The notes: generated by a model not told the origin, from the sequence alone. Positions 30,891 through 40,665 are shown, numbered from the stretch's first letter. The stretch: DNA of 64,000 nucleotides from an uncultured Christensenellaceae bacterium (GCA_944380295.1 CALWHE010000008.1:6233-70232), one strand, 5' to 3'. Made by a program: numbers and translations.

Positions 30891-32210
30891 ATGAACAAAA
30901 AAACCGTAAAAGACGTAGACGTAAAAGGCAAACGCTGCCTGGTCAGGTGCGACTTCAACGTGCCCATGAAGAACGGCGTTATCACGGATGATAACCGCAT
31001 TATGGGTGCGCTCCCCACCATTCAATATCTGATGGAGCAGGGCGCAAAGGTCATTTTGTGCTCCCATCTGGGCAAGCCGCACGGCATTTTCAGCGACAAC
31101 ATCAAGCTGAACAAAAAGGAGAAAAAGGCGATAGAAGCTCTTCCCGAGGCAGAGCGCGGCGCCGCCACCGCAAAAGCCGTCACCAAAGCTTTGGCGGAAG
31201 ATCCCGTCAAGTTCACCTTGAAGCCCGTGGCGGACAGGCTCAACGAGCTTTTGGACAATAAAGTGGCATTTGCCAAAGACGTGGTCGGTCCCGACGCGCA
31301 GGCAAAGGTGGAAGCTTGCAGAGAGGGCGAATGCGTGCTCTTGGAAAACACCCGTTTCCATGTGGAAGAAGAGGGTAACGACAAGGAATTCTGCCGCAAG
31401 CTGGCTTCTTTCTGCGACGTTTTCGTCAACGACGCTTTCGGCACCGCTCACCGTTCGCATGCTTCCACGGCGGGCATTGTGGAATACGGCTTTGTCAAGA
31501 CCGCGGTGTGCGGCTTCCTGATAGAAAAAGAACTTTCCGTGATGGCGGACGCTTTGGAACATCCCGTTCATCCCTTTGTGGCGGTGCTGGGCGGCGCCAA
31601 AGTGGCTGACAAGCTCAACGTCATCTCCAATCTGTTGGAAAAGTGCGACAGCCTGATCATCGGCGGCGGCATGGCGTATACCTTCCTCAAAGCCAAGGGC
31701 TGCGAAGTGGGCACTTCCCTGGTAGACGATTCCAAGATAGAATATTGCAAGAACATGCTCGACAAAGCGCAGGAGCTGGGCAAGACCATCTATCTGCCCG
31801 AAGACACCACTTATGCCGCGGCGTTCCCCGATCCCATCGACGCACAGATAGAAACGGGCACCTGCGACGCGGACAAGATCCCCGCCGGCAAGATGGGGCT
31901 GGACATCGGACCCAAGACCTGCGAAAAGTTTGCAGAGGTCATCAAAACCGCCAAGACCGTTATTTGGAACGGACCGATGGGCGTGTTTGAAAATCCTCAG
32001 CTTGCCGTGGGCACGATAGCCATTGCCAAGGCAATGTCCGAGGCGGAAGACGCCACCACCATCATCGGCGGCGGAGATTCCGCGGCGGCGGTCAAGCAGT
32101 TGGGCTTTGCGGACAAGATGTCGCACATTTCCACGGGCGGCGGCGCTTCCCTGGAACTGTTCGAAGGCAAGGTGCTCCCCGGCATCGCCTGCCTCAACGA
32201 TAAGGACTAA
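30891..32210 (+). CDS. pgk: Phosphoglycerate kinase (with ~35-aa insertion)
   Basis: [48 protein letters not shown]. Confidence 0.98.
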   Translation: MNKKTVKDVDVKGKRCLVRCDFNVPMKNGVITDDNRIMGALPTIQYLMEQGAKVILCSHLGKPHGIFSDNIKLNKKEKKAIEALPEAERGAATAKAVTKALAEDPVKFTLKPVADRLNELLDNKVAFAKDVVGPDAQAKVEACREGECVLLENTRFHVEEEGNDKEFCRKLASFCDVFVNDAFGTAHRSHASTAGIVEYGFVKTAVCGFLIEKELSVMADALEHPVHPFVAVLGGAKVADKLNVISNLLEKCDSLIIGGGMAYTFLKAKGCEVGTSLVDDSKIEYCKNMLDKAQELGKTIYLPEDTTYAAAFPDPIDAQIETGTCDADKIPAGKMGLDIGPKTCEKFAEVIKTAKTVIWNGPMGVFENPQLAVGTIAIAKAMSEAEDATTIIGGGDSAAAVKQLGFADKMSHISTGGGASLELFEGKVLPGIACLNDKD

Positions 32211-32228
32211 TTTTAAGAGGTATAAAAA

Positions 32229-32981
32229 ATGAGAAGACCTATTATTGCGGGTAACTGGAAGATGAACAACACCAAGGCGCAGACCTATGCGCTGCTCAAC
32301 GACCTTGTGCCGCTTGTCAAAGACGCGGAAGCGGAAGTGGTCATCTGCGTGCCTTACACCTCCATTTGGGCGGCGGGCGACGCCATAAAGGGCACCAATA
32401 TCCACCTGGGCGCGGAAAACGTGCACTGGGCGGAAAAAGGCGCTTTCACCGGCGAGATCTCCGCTGACATGCTCAAAGAGCAGGGTGTGGAATATGTGAT
32501 AATCGGACACTCCGAGCGCCGTCAATACTTCGGCGAAACAGACCAAACCGTGAACATGCGCGTGAAGGCGGCTTTGGCGCACGGGCTTAAACCCATCATC
32601 TGCGTGGGCGAAACGCTGGAAGAGCGCGAAGGCGGCAAGGTGGAAGAAGTGCTGGTGCGCCAGACCACGGAAGCGTTCAAGGAGATAGACAAAGACGAGC
32701 TGGACAACATCGTCATCGCCTACGAACCCGTTTGGGCTATCGGCACCGGCAAGACCGCTACCGCGCAGGACGCCAACGATACCATCGCCATCATCCGCGG
32801 CACCATCGCCAAACTTTATTGCGAAAAGTGCGCGGACAAGATCCGTATCCAATACGGCGGCTCCATGAATCCCAAGAACGCCAAAGAATTGATGGCAATG
32901 CCTCAAATAGACGGCGGACTTATCGGCGGGGCTTCCTTGAAGGCGGTGGACTTCTCGCAGGTGGTCAAATATAACGCATAA
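32229..32981 (+). CDS. tpiA: Triosephosphate isomerase
   Basis: AGNWKMN, GAFTGE, GHSERR, AYEPVWAIGTG, YGGS, LIGGASL. Confidence 0.98.
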   Translation: MRRPIIAGNWKMNNTKAQTYALLNDLVPLVKDAEAEVVICVPYTSIWAAGDAIKGTNIHLGAENVHWAEKGAFTGEISADMLKEQGVEYVIIGHSERRQYFGETDQTVNMRVKAALAHGLKPIICVGETLEEREGGKVEEVLVRQTTEAFKEIDKDELDNIVIAYEPVWAIGTGKTATAQDANDTIAIIRGTIAKLYCEKCADKIRIQYGGSMNPKNAKELMAMPQIDGGLIGGASLKAVDFSQVVKYNA

Positions 32982-32987
32982 AAGAAT

Positions 32988-33054
32988 AAGCGAAAGAGAA
33001 AAAGGATAAGGCGGGTCCCGTTTTCAACGGGGTCTGCCTTTTCCTCTTTCGCTT
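32988..33054 (+). terminator. Long interrupted hairpin after tpiA (possible terminator or processing site)
   Basis: AAGCGAAAGAG...AAGGCGGGTCCCGTT-TTC-AACGGGGTCTGCCTT...CTCTTTCGCTT. Confidence 0.55.
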
Positions 33055-33194
33055 GCTGAAAGACAACCCCGCCATTGAAGATAGGCGCCGAGTGAAAGTG
33101 CCGTGCGATAAAACATTTTAATGTTCTGACAATATCTGCGCACAGCACTTTGCGCCTACGTGAGAGGGGCAAACCCGACACGCTCCGCTGCGGT

Positions 33195-33597
33195 TTTCCC
33201 CTCGTTTTGCGGCGAGATATAAGAAAGCGTGCAAGCGTTAGCCGCAAAAATTCACTCTTTCCGCCGCCGCGGGAGCGGCGCGCAAGGCAGTCGCCTTGCC
33301 CAAGGTGTGCTCACCGAAAAGCGCGGTTTTCGGTGGCAGGATATTACCACTTTCATTGATAGATATAACACCGGTGATATAAAGCGCAATATATCGCCGT
33401 TTTATTTTTTTGAGGCGTAGTTTCCCCTCTTTTTGCGGACGGCGTGATCTCGTATCGCACTTGGTTGTGCCGCAAAAATTCACCTCTTCCGCCCTCATTC
33501 GCTCCGCGCGCTCCGCTCATTCGGAAAATACGCACGGCGCATTTTAGAGGTGCGCTCGTCCAAAAGTGCGATTTTGGACGGCGGGATATTACACTTT
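33195..33597 (+). repeat. Two tandem structured units (A 33195-33353, B 33421-33597)
   Basis: Shared scaffold TTTCCCCTC.TTTTGCGG-var-GCCGCAAAAATTCAC....TCCGCC-var-AGGTGYGCTC-stem-GCRGGATATTAC with compensatory stems. Confidence 0.85.
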
Positions 33598-33724
33598 GCT
33601 GTGTAAGCATTGCAAAGAGATCAGCTGGAAAGACGAACAAGTTACTTCAAGGCTTGATCAGGGATGGAGCGCCCCGCGCTCCCGTCATGCTGCCGCACCG
33701 CGCTCCGGGTGCAGCATTACACTC
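33587..33724 (+). repeat. Dispersed segment plus REP-like core, copy 2
   Basis: 33587-33680 is homologous to 19211-19303. CGCGCTCCGGGTGCAGC near 33699 matches the reverse complement of 63307-63330. Confidence 0.85.
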
Positions 33725-33730
33725 TAATAG

Positions 33731-33974
33731 CGCCGCAGGCAGCCGCCACGCACGACGAGCGCGGAGCTGTATCGTCGTGCATTTCACGTGCCCTCTCGTC
33801 GCTTTGCGGATTGAGGGCACATTTCACGTTTTTGCCAATGTGTTGGCAAAAACATTTCACTTTTGCGCAGCAGATATACATTCGCTTACCGCTCATTATA
33901 TCTGCGCAAAAATTTCACGTCCGGAGCGGCACGGCACACTTTCGCTTATTGACTTTGCCGTGCCGCACAGGACA
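33731..33974 (-). repeat. Structured hairpin-array element, copy 2 (inverted)
   Basis: ATTTCAC at 33781, 33821, 33854 and 33912 separates hairpins. Reverse complement of 18955-19207. Confidence 0.92.
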
Positions 33975-33983
33975 CCTATTTGT

Positions 33984-34012
33984 TTGACTGTTTTTTGCGC
34001 GTGTGCTAGAAT
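33984..34012 (+). promoter_or_regulatory. Sigma-A promoter for gpmI
   Basis: TTGACT-17 bp-TAGAAT with TG extension. Confidence 0.7.
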
Positions 34013-34057
34013 AAGGTGAATAAAATTCAGCCCTGCGGGGCAAGAGAGGTATTTTAT

Positions 34058-35602
34058 ATGAGTTTTACCGGACTTATCATCATGGATGGCTACGGCGTGA
34101 ATCATTTTGCGCCTTTCAATGCGGTATCGCCGGAAACGGCGCCCAACGTGCTCAAACTGTTTGCGGAAAATCCCGCCACCGTGCTGGACGCCAGCGGTCT
34201 TGCCGTGGGACTTCCCGAGGGACAGATGGGCAACAGTGAGGTGGGGCACCTCAACATCGGCGCGGGCAGGATAATTTATCAGGAGCTCACCCGCATCACA
34301 AAATCCATTCAAGACGGCGATTTCTTCACCAATCCCGCCCTGGTCAAGGCGATGACTTCGGCAAAGGAAAATGGCAAAAAACTGCACGTGATGGGACTTG
34401 TGTCGGACGGCGGCGTGCATTCGCATAACACGCACCTTTACGCGCTGGTCAAAATGGCAAAGCAGATGGGTCTTGACAACGTGTATATCCATTGCTTTAT
34501 GGACGGCAGGGACGTGCCGCCGGAATCGGGCAAGGGTTACATAGAGGAATTGCAGCAGCAGCTCAAACAGATGGACTTCGGCAAGATAGCCACGATAAGC
34601 GGCAGATTTTACGCCATGGACCGCGACAACATCTGGGACAGGGTGGAAAAGGCTTACGCCGCGCTTGCCGACGGCGAGGGTGTGCAAGAGAGCGACCCCG
34701 TGCAGGCGATGCAGAACAGTTACGACAGGGGCGTGACGGACGAATTCGTGGTGCCCACCGTGATCCAAGAGGGCGGCAAGCCCGTGGCGACGGTGGACGA
34801 AGGGGACAGCATCATCTTCTTCAACTTCCGTCCGGACAGGGCAAGGCAGATCTCCCGCGCCTTTATCTATCCCGACTTTGACAAATTCACGCGCAAAAAG
34901 GGCTTTTTGGCGCCCTGCTACGTGTCCTTTACCCAGTATGACGTGACGTTCAACGACAGGCTCGACGTGGCGTTCCGCCCCGAGAGCTATGTGAACACGC
35001 TGGGCGAATATCTCTCCAAAAACGGGATAAAGCAATTCAGGATAGCGGAAACGCAAAAGTATGCGCACGTGACCTTCTTCTTCAACGGCGGCGTGGAAGC
35101 GCCCAATCCCGGCGAGGACAGGATACTCATCGATTCGCCCAAGATAGCCACTTTTGACATGAAGCCGGAGATGAGCGCATATGAAGTGGCGGAGCGCGCC
35201 TGCGAGGAGATAAAGAGCGGTAAATACGACGTGATGATCCTCAACTTTGCCAACGGCGACATGGTGGGACACACCGGCGTGCTGGAAGCCGCGCGCAAAG
35301 CCGTGAAAGTGGTGGACGAATGCGTGCAGCAGGTGGTGGACGCCATCCTGTCCGTGGGCGGCAAGGCGCTGATCACCGCCGACCACGGCAACTGCGATTA
35401 TATGTATGAGCCGGACGGCACGCCTTTTACCGCGCACACCACCAACCGCGTGCCCCTCATCGCCGTGGGCGACGACAGCATCTGCTTTTTGGAAAACAAC
35501 GGCAAACTGTGCGACATCGCTCCCACGTTGCTCGACATGATGGGGCTGCCCGCGCCCAAGGAAATGACGGGCAGGAGCCTCATCAGGCACAAGGTCGGCT
35601 GA
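34058..35602 (+). CDS. gpmI: 2,3-bisphosphoglycerate-independent phosphoglycerate mutase
   Basis: IMDGYG, GQMGNSEVGH, SDGGVHSH, DGRDVPP, GRFYAMDRD, NFRPDRA, DMVGHTG, TADHGN. Confidence 0.97.
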   Translation: MSFTGLIIMDGYGVNHFAPFNAVSPETAPNVLKLFAENPATVLDASGLAVGLPEGQMGNSEVGHLNIGAGRIIYQELTRITKSIQDGDFFTNPALVKAMTSAKENGKKLHVMGLVSDGGVHSHNTHLYALVKMAKQMGLDNVYIHCFMDGRDVPPESGKGYIEELQQQLKQMDFGKIATISGRFYAMDRDNIWDRVEKAYAALADGEGVQESDPVQAMQNSYDRGVTDEFVVPTVIQEGGKPVATVDEGDSIIFFNFRPDRARQISRAFIYPDFDKFTRKKGFLAPCYVSFTQYDVTFNDRLDVAFRPESYVNTLGEYLSKNGIKQFRIAETQKYAHVTFFFNGGVEAPNPGEDRILIDSPKIATFDMKPEMSAYEVAERACEEIKSGKYDVMILNFANGDMVGHTGVLEAARKAVKVVDECVQQVVDAILSVGGKALITADHGNCDYMYEPDGTPFTAHTTNRVPLIAVGDDSICFLENNGKLCDIAPTLLDMMGLPAPKEMTGRSLIRHKVG

Positions 35603-35827
35603 GCCGCGCTTGAACGGGAAAACAAGATAAAACAACGCACTTAGGGCGGGGAACAAATTCTCCGCCCCCTTCTTTTCAAGCCGAAAAGCAAAATAAACTT
35701 TGCTTAACATTTGTAAAAATTTAAGCGTATCCCGCCGCGCCCGCGAATTATGCGGAAAAATGCCTTTACTTTTAATGTAAAGATATTGTATAATCGTGCT
35801 ATCAATCGATCCGCGGGGGATATGGTT

Positions 35828-37114
35828 ATGAGAGAAGAAGAGGCAAAAGCCGGCGCACAATATGCTTACGATTACATCAAGGGCATAATCGACAAAACGG
35901 GACCCAGGCTTCCCGGCACGGAAGAAGAGCGGCAGGGCGCCATGCTTACCGCCGAGATAATGGAGGGGATAAGCGGCAAAAAAGCCGTGGTCGAGGAATT
36001 CGACCTGCACCCCAATGCGTCCATCGGCGCCATTCCGGTGGTGGGCGTGCTGGGACTTATCAGCTTTGCGCTGTTCTATCTTTCGCCCATCGCCACGCTG
36101 GTGCTTTCCACGCTGACGCTGCTGTTTGCCGTGGCGCAGATATTTACATACAGCGGCACCTTTGACTTTTTGTTTCCCAAGAAAAAGTCGCAAAACGTCT
36201 GGACCACGATAGATCCGCCCGAAGGGGAAGAGGTCAAATATACCATCTGTTTTTCCGCGCACATGGATTCCTGCTGGTGCTGGAACCACTCCCTGCGCAA
36301 TCCCAAGACCGCCATACCCAAGATAGTCATCGGCATAGTGGGCTTTGTGCTGCTCATCATCATGTCGGCGGTGGCTGTGGGCATAGGCATGTATTCCTTT
36401 ACCACCATCTCCGATCTGGCGGTGAAAACAGAGCTTGCCGGCATGGACATTTTCAAAATAGTCATGTATGTGCTGCCGCTCATCACCGTGCCGGGCAGTT
36501 ACTGGCTGGCGGATTATCTCACCTGGGACAAGACCAAGGCGTCCCCCGGCGCCATGGACAATCTCTCCGGCATAGGCATCTTTTTGGCGTATGCGGAGTA
36601 TGTGAAAGCGCATCCGGAAGTGCGCCCGGAAGGCTGCCGCCTGATGTTTGCCGCCATGGGCGCGGAGGAAGCCAGCCTCAAAGGCTCCTTTGCCTTCTGC
36701 AAACAGCATAAAGACGACGGCATGCTCAAAGACATGTATCACATCAATCTGGACTCTTTCCGCGACGACGAACATTTTGCCGCCGTCATAGGCGACCTGT
36801 GGCTGGGTAGCCGCTTTGACAGAGAGCTGATAGACGCGGGCAAAGAGGCTATGCGTGAAGCGCTGGGAGAGGACGCAACGGAAAAATGCCCTTCGGAAAT
36901 GTTTAACCCGGTGGGCGGCTGCGATTCCACGCCTTTCTGCCGCGCCGGCGTCAAGACCGTGACCCTGGTGGCGCAGAATCCCACTCTGACCAATTATTAC
37001 CACACCAGCAACGATACCGTGGAAGGGCTGAGCATGTATTCCCTGGAAAAGGGCTTTGAAACCGTGGTCAACCTGGTGCCCAAGATAGACGCGCTGGCAA
37101 AAAAACAAAACTGA
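35828..37114 (+). CDS. Membrane-embedded M28-family zinc peptidase/amidohydrolase
   Basis: GPRLPGT, SAHMDS, GAMDNLSG, GAEEA, NLD, YYHT zinc motifs interleaved with about four hydrophobic helices. Confidence 0.82.
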   Translation: MREEEAKAGAQYAYDYIKGIIDKTGPRLPGTEEERQGAMLTAEIMEGISGKKAVVEEFDLHPNASIGAIPVVGVLGLISFALFYLSPIATLVLSTLTLLFAVAQIFTYSGTFDFLFPKKKSQNVWTTIDPPEGEEVKYTICFSAHMDSCWCWNHSLRNPKTAIPKIVIGIVGFVLLIIMSAVAVGIGMYSFTTISDLAVKTELAGMDIFKIVMYVLPLITVPGSYWLADYLTWDKTKASPGAMDNLSGIGIFLAYAEYVKAHPEVRPEGCRLMFAAMGAEEASLKGSFAFCKQHKDDGMLKDMYHINLDSFRDDEHFAAVIGDLWLGSRFDRELIDAGKEAMREALGEDATEKCPSEMFNPVGGCDSTPFCRAGVKTVTLVAQNPTLTNYYHTSNDTVEGLSMYSLEKGFETVVNLVPKIDALAKKQN

Positions 37115-37134
37115 CGGCGCTTTGAGCCGCTTTC

Positions 37135-37167
37135 GACCCGTTCCGCAGGCAGCGGAGCGGGTCTTTT
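37135..37167 (+). terminator. Terminator after the M28 gene
   Basis: GACCCGTTCCGC-AGGCA-GCGGAGCGGGTC followed by TTTT. Confidence 0.75.
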
Positions 37168-37285
37168 GTTTTTGCCGGGCTGCCGCTGCCGGCGGCGCGT
37201 CGATCGCGCGCCTGCCGCGCGGGCGCGGCAAAAAAGGGCGGAACGCCGGCGTCCCGCCTTTTTTCGCGCGCATATATTTTAATCA

Positions 37286-37314
37286 TTGACATGCCGGGCG
37301 ATTTGTGATAAAAT
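37286..37314 (+). promoter_or_regulatory. Strong sigma-A promoter for the aminotransferase cluster
   Basis: TTGACA-17 bp-TAAAAT with TG extension. Confidence 0.8.
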
Positions 37315-37345
37315 ATCGGTATTGATAAAATTCAGGAGGGTCAAT

Positions 37346-39064
37346 ATGAGCGACATCAAAAACTATTCCCTGAGTGAAATCGCTCCCGGAAGAGATTTTT
37401 CCCACTACGGCGTATCCCGTTGGGCAAGCGCCAAAGACATCAACAACAAACTCAAAGAACTGACGGATCAGAACGTATTCTGCATCAGTGACGACGAATA
37501 CAAAAAGATCTGCGCAGAATATTACGACGTCAAGTGCGCCGGCTCCAAAAAGATAACCGGCGAAGCCAAAAAATACATACCCGGCGGCGTGCAGCACAAC
37601 CTGGCGTTCAACAAGCCTTTCCCCATGTGCATGGTCAAGGCGGAGGGCGCCTATCTTTACGACATAGACGGCAACAAGTATACCGACTTTTTGCAGGCGG
37701 GCGGTCCCACCATTTTGGGCAGCAACTTCCCGGAAGTGCAGGAAAAGGCGATAGAGCTGATCAAGGACTGCGGTCCCGTTACCGGTCTGTTCCACGAGGC
37801 GGAGCTGCTGATAGCCAAAGAGATCAACAAGCATATGCCCAACATAGAGATGTTCCGCATGCTGGGCAGCGGCACGGAATCCGTGATGGCGGCGATCCGC
37901 GTGGCGCGCTGCGCAACGCATAAAAAGCGCGTCATCAAGATAGGCGGCGCTTATCACGGCTGGTCCGACCAGATGGTTTACGGCTTGAAGATACCGGGCA
38001 CCAGGCAGTTTTTGGAGAGCTTCGGCATTCCCAACAAGTGCTTTGCGCTGATAGACGAAGTGCAGCCCAACAACCTGGAAATGCTGGAAGATTATCTCAA
38101 AGCCAACCAGCGCAAAGGCGGCACGGCGTGCGTCATCGTGGAACCCGTGGGTCCCGAGAGCGGCACGCGCCCCGTGGATTGGAATTACAACAAGGGCGTG
38201 GAAATGCTCTGCCGCAAATACGGCGCGCTGTTCATCTTTGACGAAGTGGTCACCGGTTTCCGCGTGGGCTTGGGCGGCGCCCAGGGCTTGTTCGACGTGC
38301 ATCCCGATCTGACCATCTTCGGCAAGATAGTGGCGGGCGGTTATCCCGCAGCCGGCGGCGTGGGCGGCAAAGCCGAATACGTCAGCTGCATGGCGGCGGG
38401 CGTTGCCAGCGGCATGAAGAGGGCTTACGTGGGCGGCACCCTGGCTGCCAACCCGCTCTCCGCAATGGCGGGCTATTGCGCCATCAAAGCCATTGCCGAG
38501 CACGACGCCTGCGCCAAGGCGGGCAAGGCGGGCGACAAGCTGACGGACGGCTTGGTCAAGCTGTGCGACAAATACGGGCTGCCTTATGTGGCATACAACC
38601 AAGGCTCCATCGTCCACTTGGAGTGCACGGGCGCGATGAGTTACGACTTCTCCAACAAGTGCCTGCTCAAATCTCTGCTGCCCATTTTGAAGAAGCAGGA
38701 TATGATCTATGTGCGTAAAGAGGCAATGGAGATGATGGGCGCGGCTTACATGTCGCACGGCATCGTCACGCTGGCGGGTTCCAGGCTTTACACTTCCATG
38801 GCGGACACGGACGAGGTCATCGACGAAGCGCTCGACAAGTTTGAAAACGTGTTCAAACTGATCGTGGAGCGCAAAGATCCGATGGAAACTTACGTTGCCA
38901 AGTATAAGAAAGAGCACGGCAAGGACAAGGAAGGCAAAGCCAAGAAGAAAGCGGCAAAGAAGGAAGCCATAGCCAAGCGCAAGGCGGACGGCAAAGTTGC
39001 GGCTCAAAAGGCGACCAAGGATCTGAAAGTCCTCAAAGAAAAGATGAGATCGGCAAAGTGCTGA
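37346..39064 (+). CDS. Class III PLP aminotransferase (HemL/GSA-aminomutase-like) with Lys-rich C-terminal tail
   Basis: IPGGV, AEGAYLYDIDGNKY, SGTE, AYHG, FIFDEVVTGFR, IFGK (PLP lysine), GGTLAANP; RBS AGGAGG. Confidence 0.88.
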   Translation: MSDIKNYSLSEIAPGRDFSHYGVSRWASAKDINNKLKELTDQNVFCISDDEYKKICAEYYDVKCAGSKKITGEAKKYIPGGVQHNLAFNKPFPMCMVKAEGAYLYDIDGNKYTDFLQAGGPTILGSNFPEVQEKAIELIKDCGPVTGLFHEAELLIAKEINKHMPNIEMFRMLGSGTESVMAAIRVARCATHKKRVIKIGGAYHGWSDQMVYGLKIPGTRQFLESFGIPNKCFALIDEVQPNNLEMLEDYLKANQRKGGTACVIVEPVGPESGTRPVDWNYNKGVEMLCRKYGALFIFDEVVTGFRVGLGGAQGLFDVHPDLTIFGKIVAGGYPAAGGVGGKAEYVSCMAAGVASGMKRAYVGGTLAANPLSAMAGYCAIKAIAEHDACAKAGKAGDKLTDGLVKLCDKYGLPYVAYNQGSIVHLECTGAMSYDFSNKCLLKSLLPILKKQDMIYVRKEAMEMMGAAYMSHGIVTLAGSRLYTSMADTDEVIDEALDKFENVFKLIVERKDPMETYVAKYKKEHGKDKEGKAKKKAAKKEAIAKRKADGKVAAQKATKDLKVLKEKMRSAKC

Positions 39065-39129
39065 CACACCAAAACGCGCCTCTCGCAAAGAGGGGCGCGA
39101 ACACTATATAAGCGTAAGCGGAGAAAGAT

Positions 39130-40665
39130 ATGAGCAAATACATAATAGCGCACGACATGGGCACCAGCTCCGACAAAGCCGTGCTCGTGGACTTTGAAGG
39201 GCAGATAATCTCTTCTCAGACGGAACCTTATCCCACTTATTATCCCGCGCCGGCGTTTGTGGAGCAGGATCCCGCCGATTATTGGCGCGCGGTGTGCGAA
39301 GCCACCGCCAAGCTGATGGACAAGACGGGCACGGATCCCGACGACGTGCAGGGCGTGGTGTTTTCCACGCAGGCGATGGGCATAATACCCATAGACAAAT
39401 ACGGCAACGTGCTGCACAACAACATCACCTGGGTAGACGGCAGAGCGGAAAAACAGGCGCAGTCCATCATGAAGAAGTTGGGCGGCAAGCGCATTTTCAC
39501 CCTGCTTGCCGGCACGCCCATCATGGGTAAAGACGTGGTGGCAAAGCTGATCTGGCTGAAAGAGGAGATGCCCAGCGTTTATAACGACGCCAAATACTTT
39601 TTGGACGTGAACGGCTTTTTGAAGTTCAAGTGCACGGGCGAGGCGGTGGCGGAATATTCCGGTGCGTCTTCTTACGGCTTGGACACCAAAAAGAAGAAGT
39701 GGCTGGGTGCGCTCAAACTCACGGGCATAGACATGAAAAAGCTGCCTCCGCTGGTGAAGAGCACGGATATGGTGGGCAACGGACTTACCGAAGAAGCGGC
39801 AAAGGCGATGAAGCTCAATCCCGGCACGCCCGTGTTCGGCGGCTGTGACGACACGCAGGCGGCGGCGCTCGGTTCGGGCATGAACGGAGAGGGCGACATA
39901 CACATTTATCTGGGCACTTCCGCCTGGGTGGGCGCCACCTCTTCCACGGAGACCAAGTTCAAGCACGGCGCGGCGGCGATACAGAGCGCGGACATAAACA
40001 TGAACCTCATCGTGGGAGTGACGGAGGCTGCCGGTTCCAATCTGGAATGGATAAAAAATCAATTCTTCAAAAAGGAAGCGGAAGAGCTGGGCAGCGGCAT
40101 ATACGACTATATGGACAGCGTGATAGAGCATATCCCCGCGGGCAGCGAATATCTCATCTGCACGCCCTGGATGCTGGGCGAGCGCTGCCCCGTGTCTTCC
40201 ACCACCACCAGAAGCACGCTCTTCAACATCGATCCCCGCCACACGCGCGAACATCTCATGCGCGCCGTGTATGAGGGCATAGGATACAATCTGCGCTGGA
40301 TCTTGGAAAACTTCAAAAAGGATTACGGCTTCGGCGGCAGAAAGTTCAGGATAATCGGCGGCGGCGCCATGAACAAAGCCTGGATGCAGATGATCGCCGA
40401 CATCACGGACAACGAGTTCGCCGTGGTGCAGAACACGCGCAACGCGGGCGCCTTGGGCGCAGCCATCATCGCGCTGATAGGGCTGGGTGAGATCAAGGGA
40501 TTTTCCGAAGTCAAACGCTTTGTCAAAGAGGAAAAGACTTATCGTCCCAACCCCGCCAACAGGTATATATACGACGAGCAGTTCCAAAATTACAAGCGCA
40601 TCTATTACAGCCTGAACAAGGCGTATAAATTGGCAAATTCCAACAGATTCGAAGGAGATGAATGA
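39130..40665 (+). CDS. FGGY-family carbohydrate kinase (xylulokinase-like)
   Basis: AHDMGTSSDK, EQDP, WVDGRA, GGCDDTQAA, LGTS, LGERCP, AVYEG, IIGGGA. Confidence 0.92.
   Translation: MSKYIIAHDMGTSSDKAVLVDFEGQIISSQTEPYPTYYPAPAFVEQDPADYWRAVCEATAKLMDKTGTDPDDVQGVVFSTQAMGIIPIDKYGNVLHNNITWVDGRAEKQAQSIMKKLGGKRIFTLLAGTPIMGKDVVAKLIWLKEEMPSVYNDAKYFLDVNGFLKFKCTGEAVAEYSGASSYGLDTKKKKWLGALKLTGIDMKKLPPLVKSTDMVGNGLTEEAAKAMKLNPGTPVFGGCDDTQAAALGSGMNGEGDIHIYLGTSAWVGATSSTETKFKHGAAAIQSADINMNLIVGVTEAAGSNLEWIKNQFFKKEAEELGSGIYDYMDSVIEHIPAGSEYLICTPWMLGERCPVSSTTTRSTLFNIDPRHTREHLMRAVYEGIGYNLRWILENFKKDYGFGGRKFRIIGGGAMNKAWMQMIADITDNEFAVVQNTRNAGALGAAIIALIGLGEIKGFSEVKRFVKEEKTYRPNPANRYIYDEQFQNYKRIYYSLNKAYKLANSNRFEGDE

Noticed and set aside
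33444-34019. ORFs overlapping the repeat elements (33444-34019, 33664-33987, 18588-19223, 18949-19140, 19035-19244) that share peptides such as HFTCPLVA and GLRAHFTFLP
   Set aside because: The shared peptides arise only from the DNA repeat. Indels between copies shift the frame and no RBS is evident.
37346-39064. Calling the aminotransferase hemL
   Set aside because: No hemA/B/C/D or cobalamin genes are nearby, and the neighbours are a sugar kinase and aldolases, so only the family is asserted.
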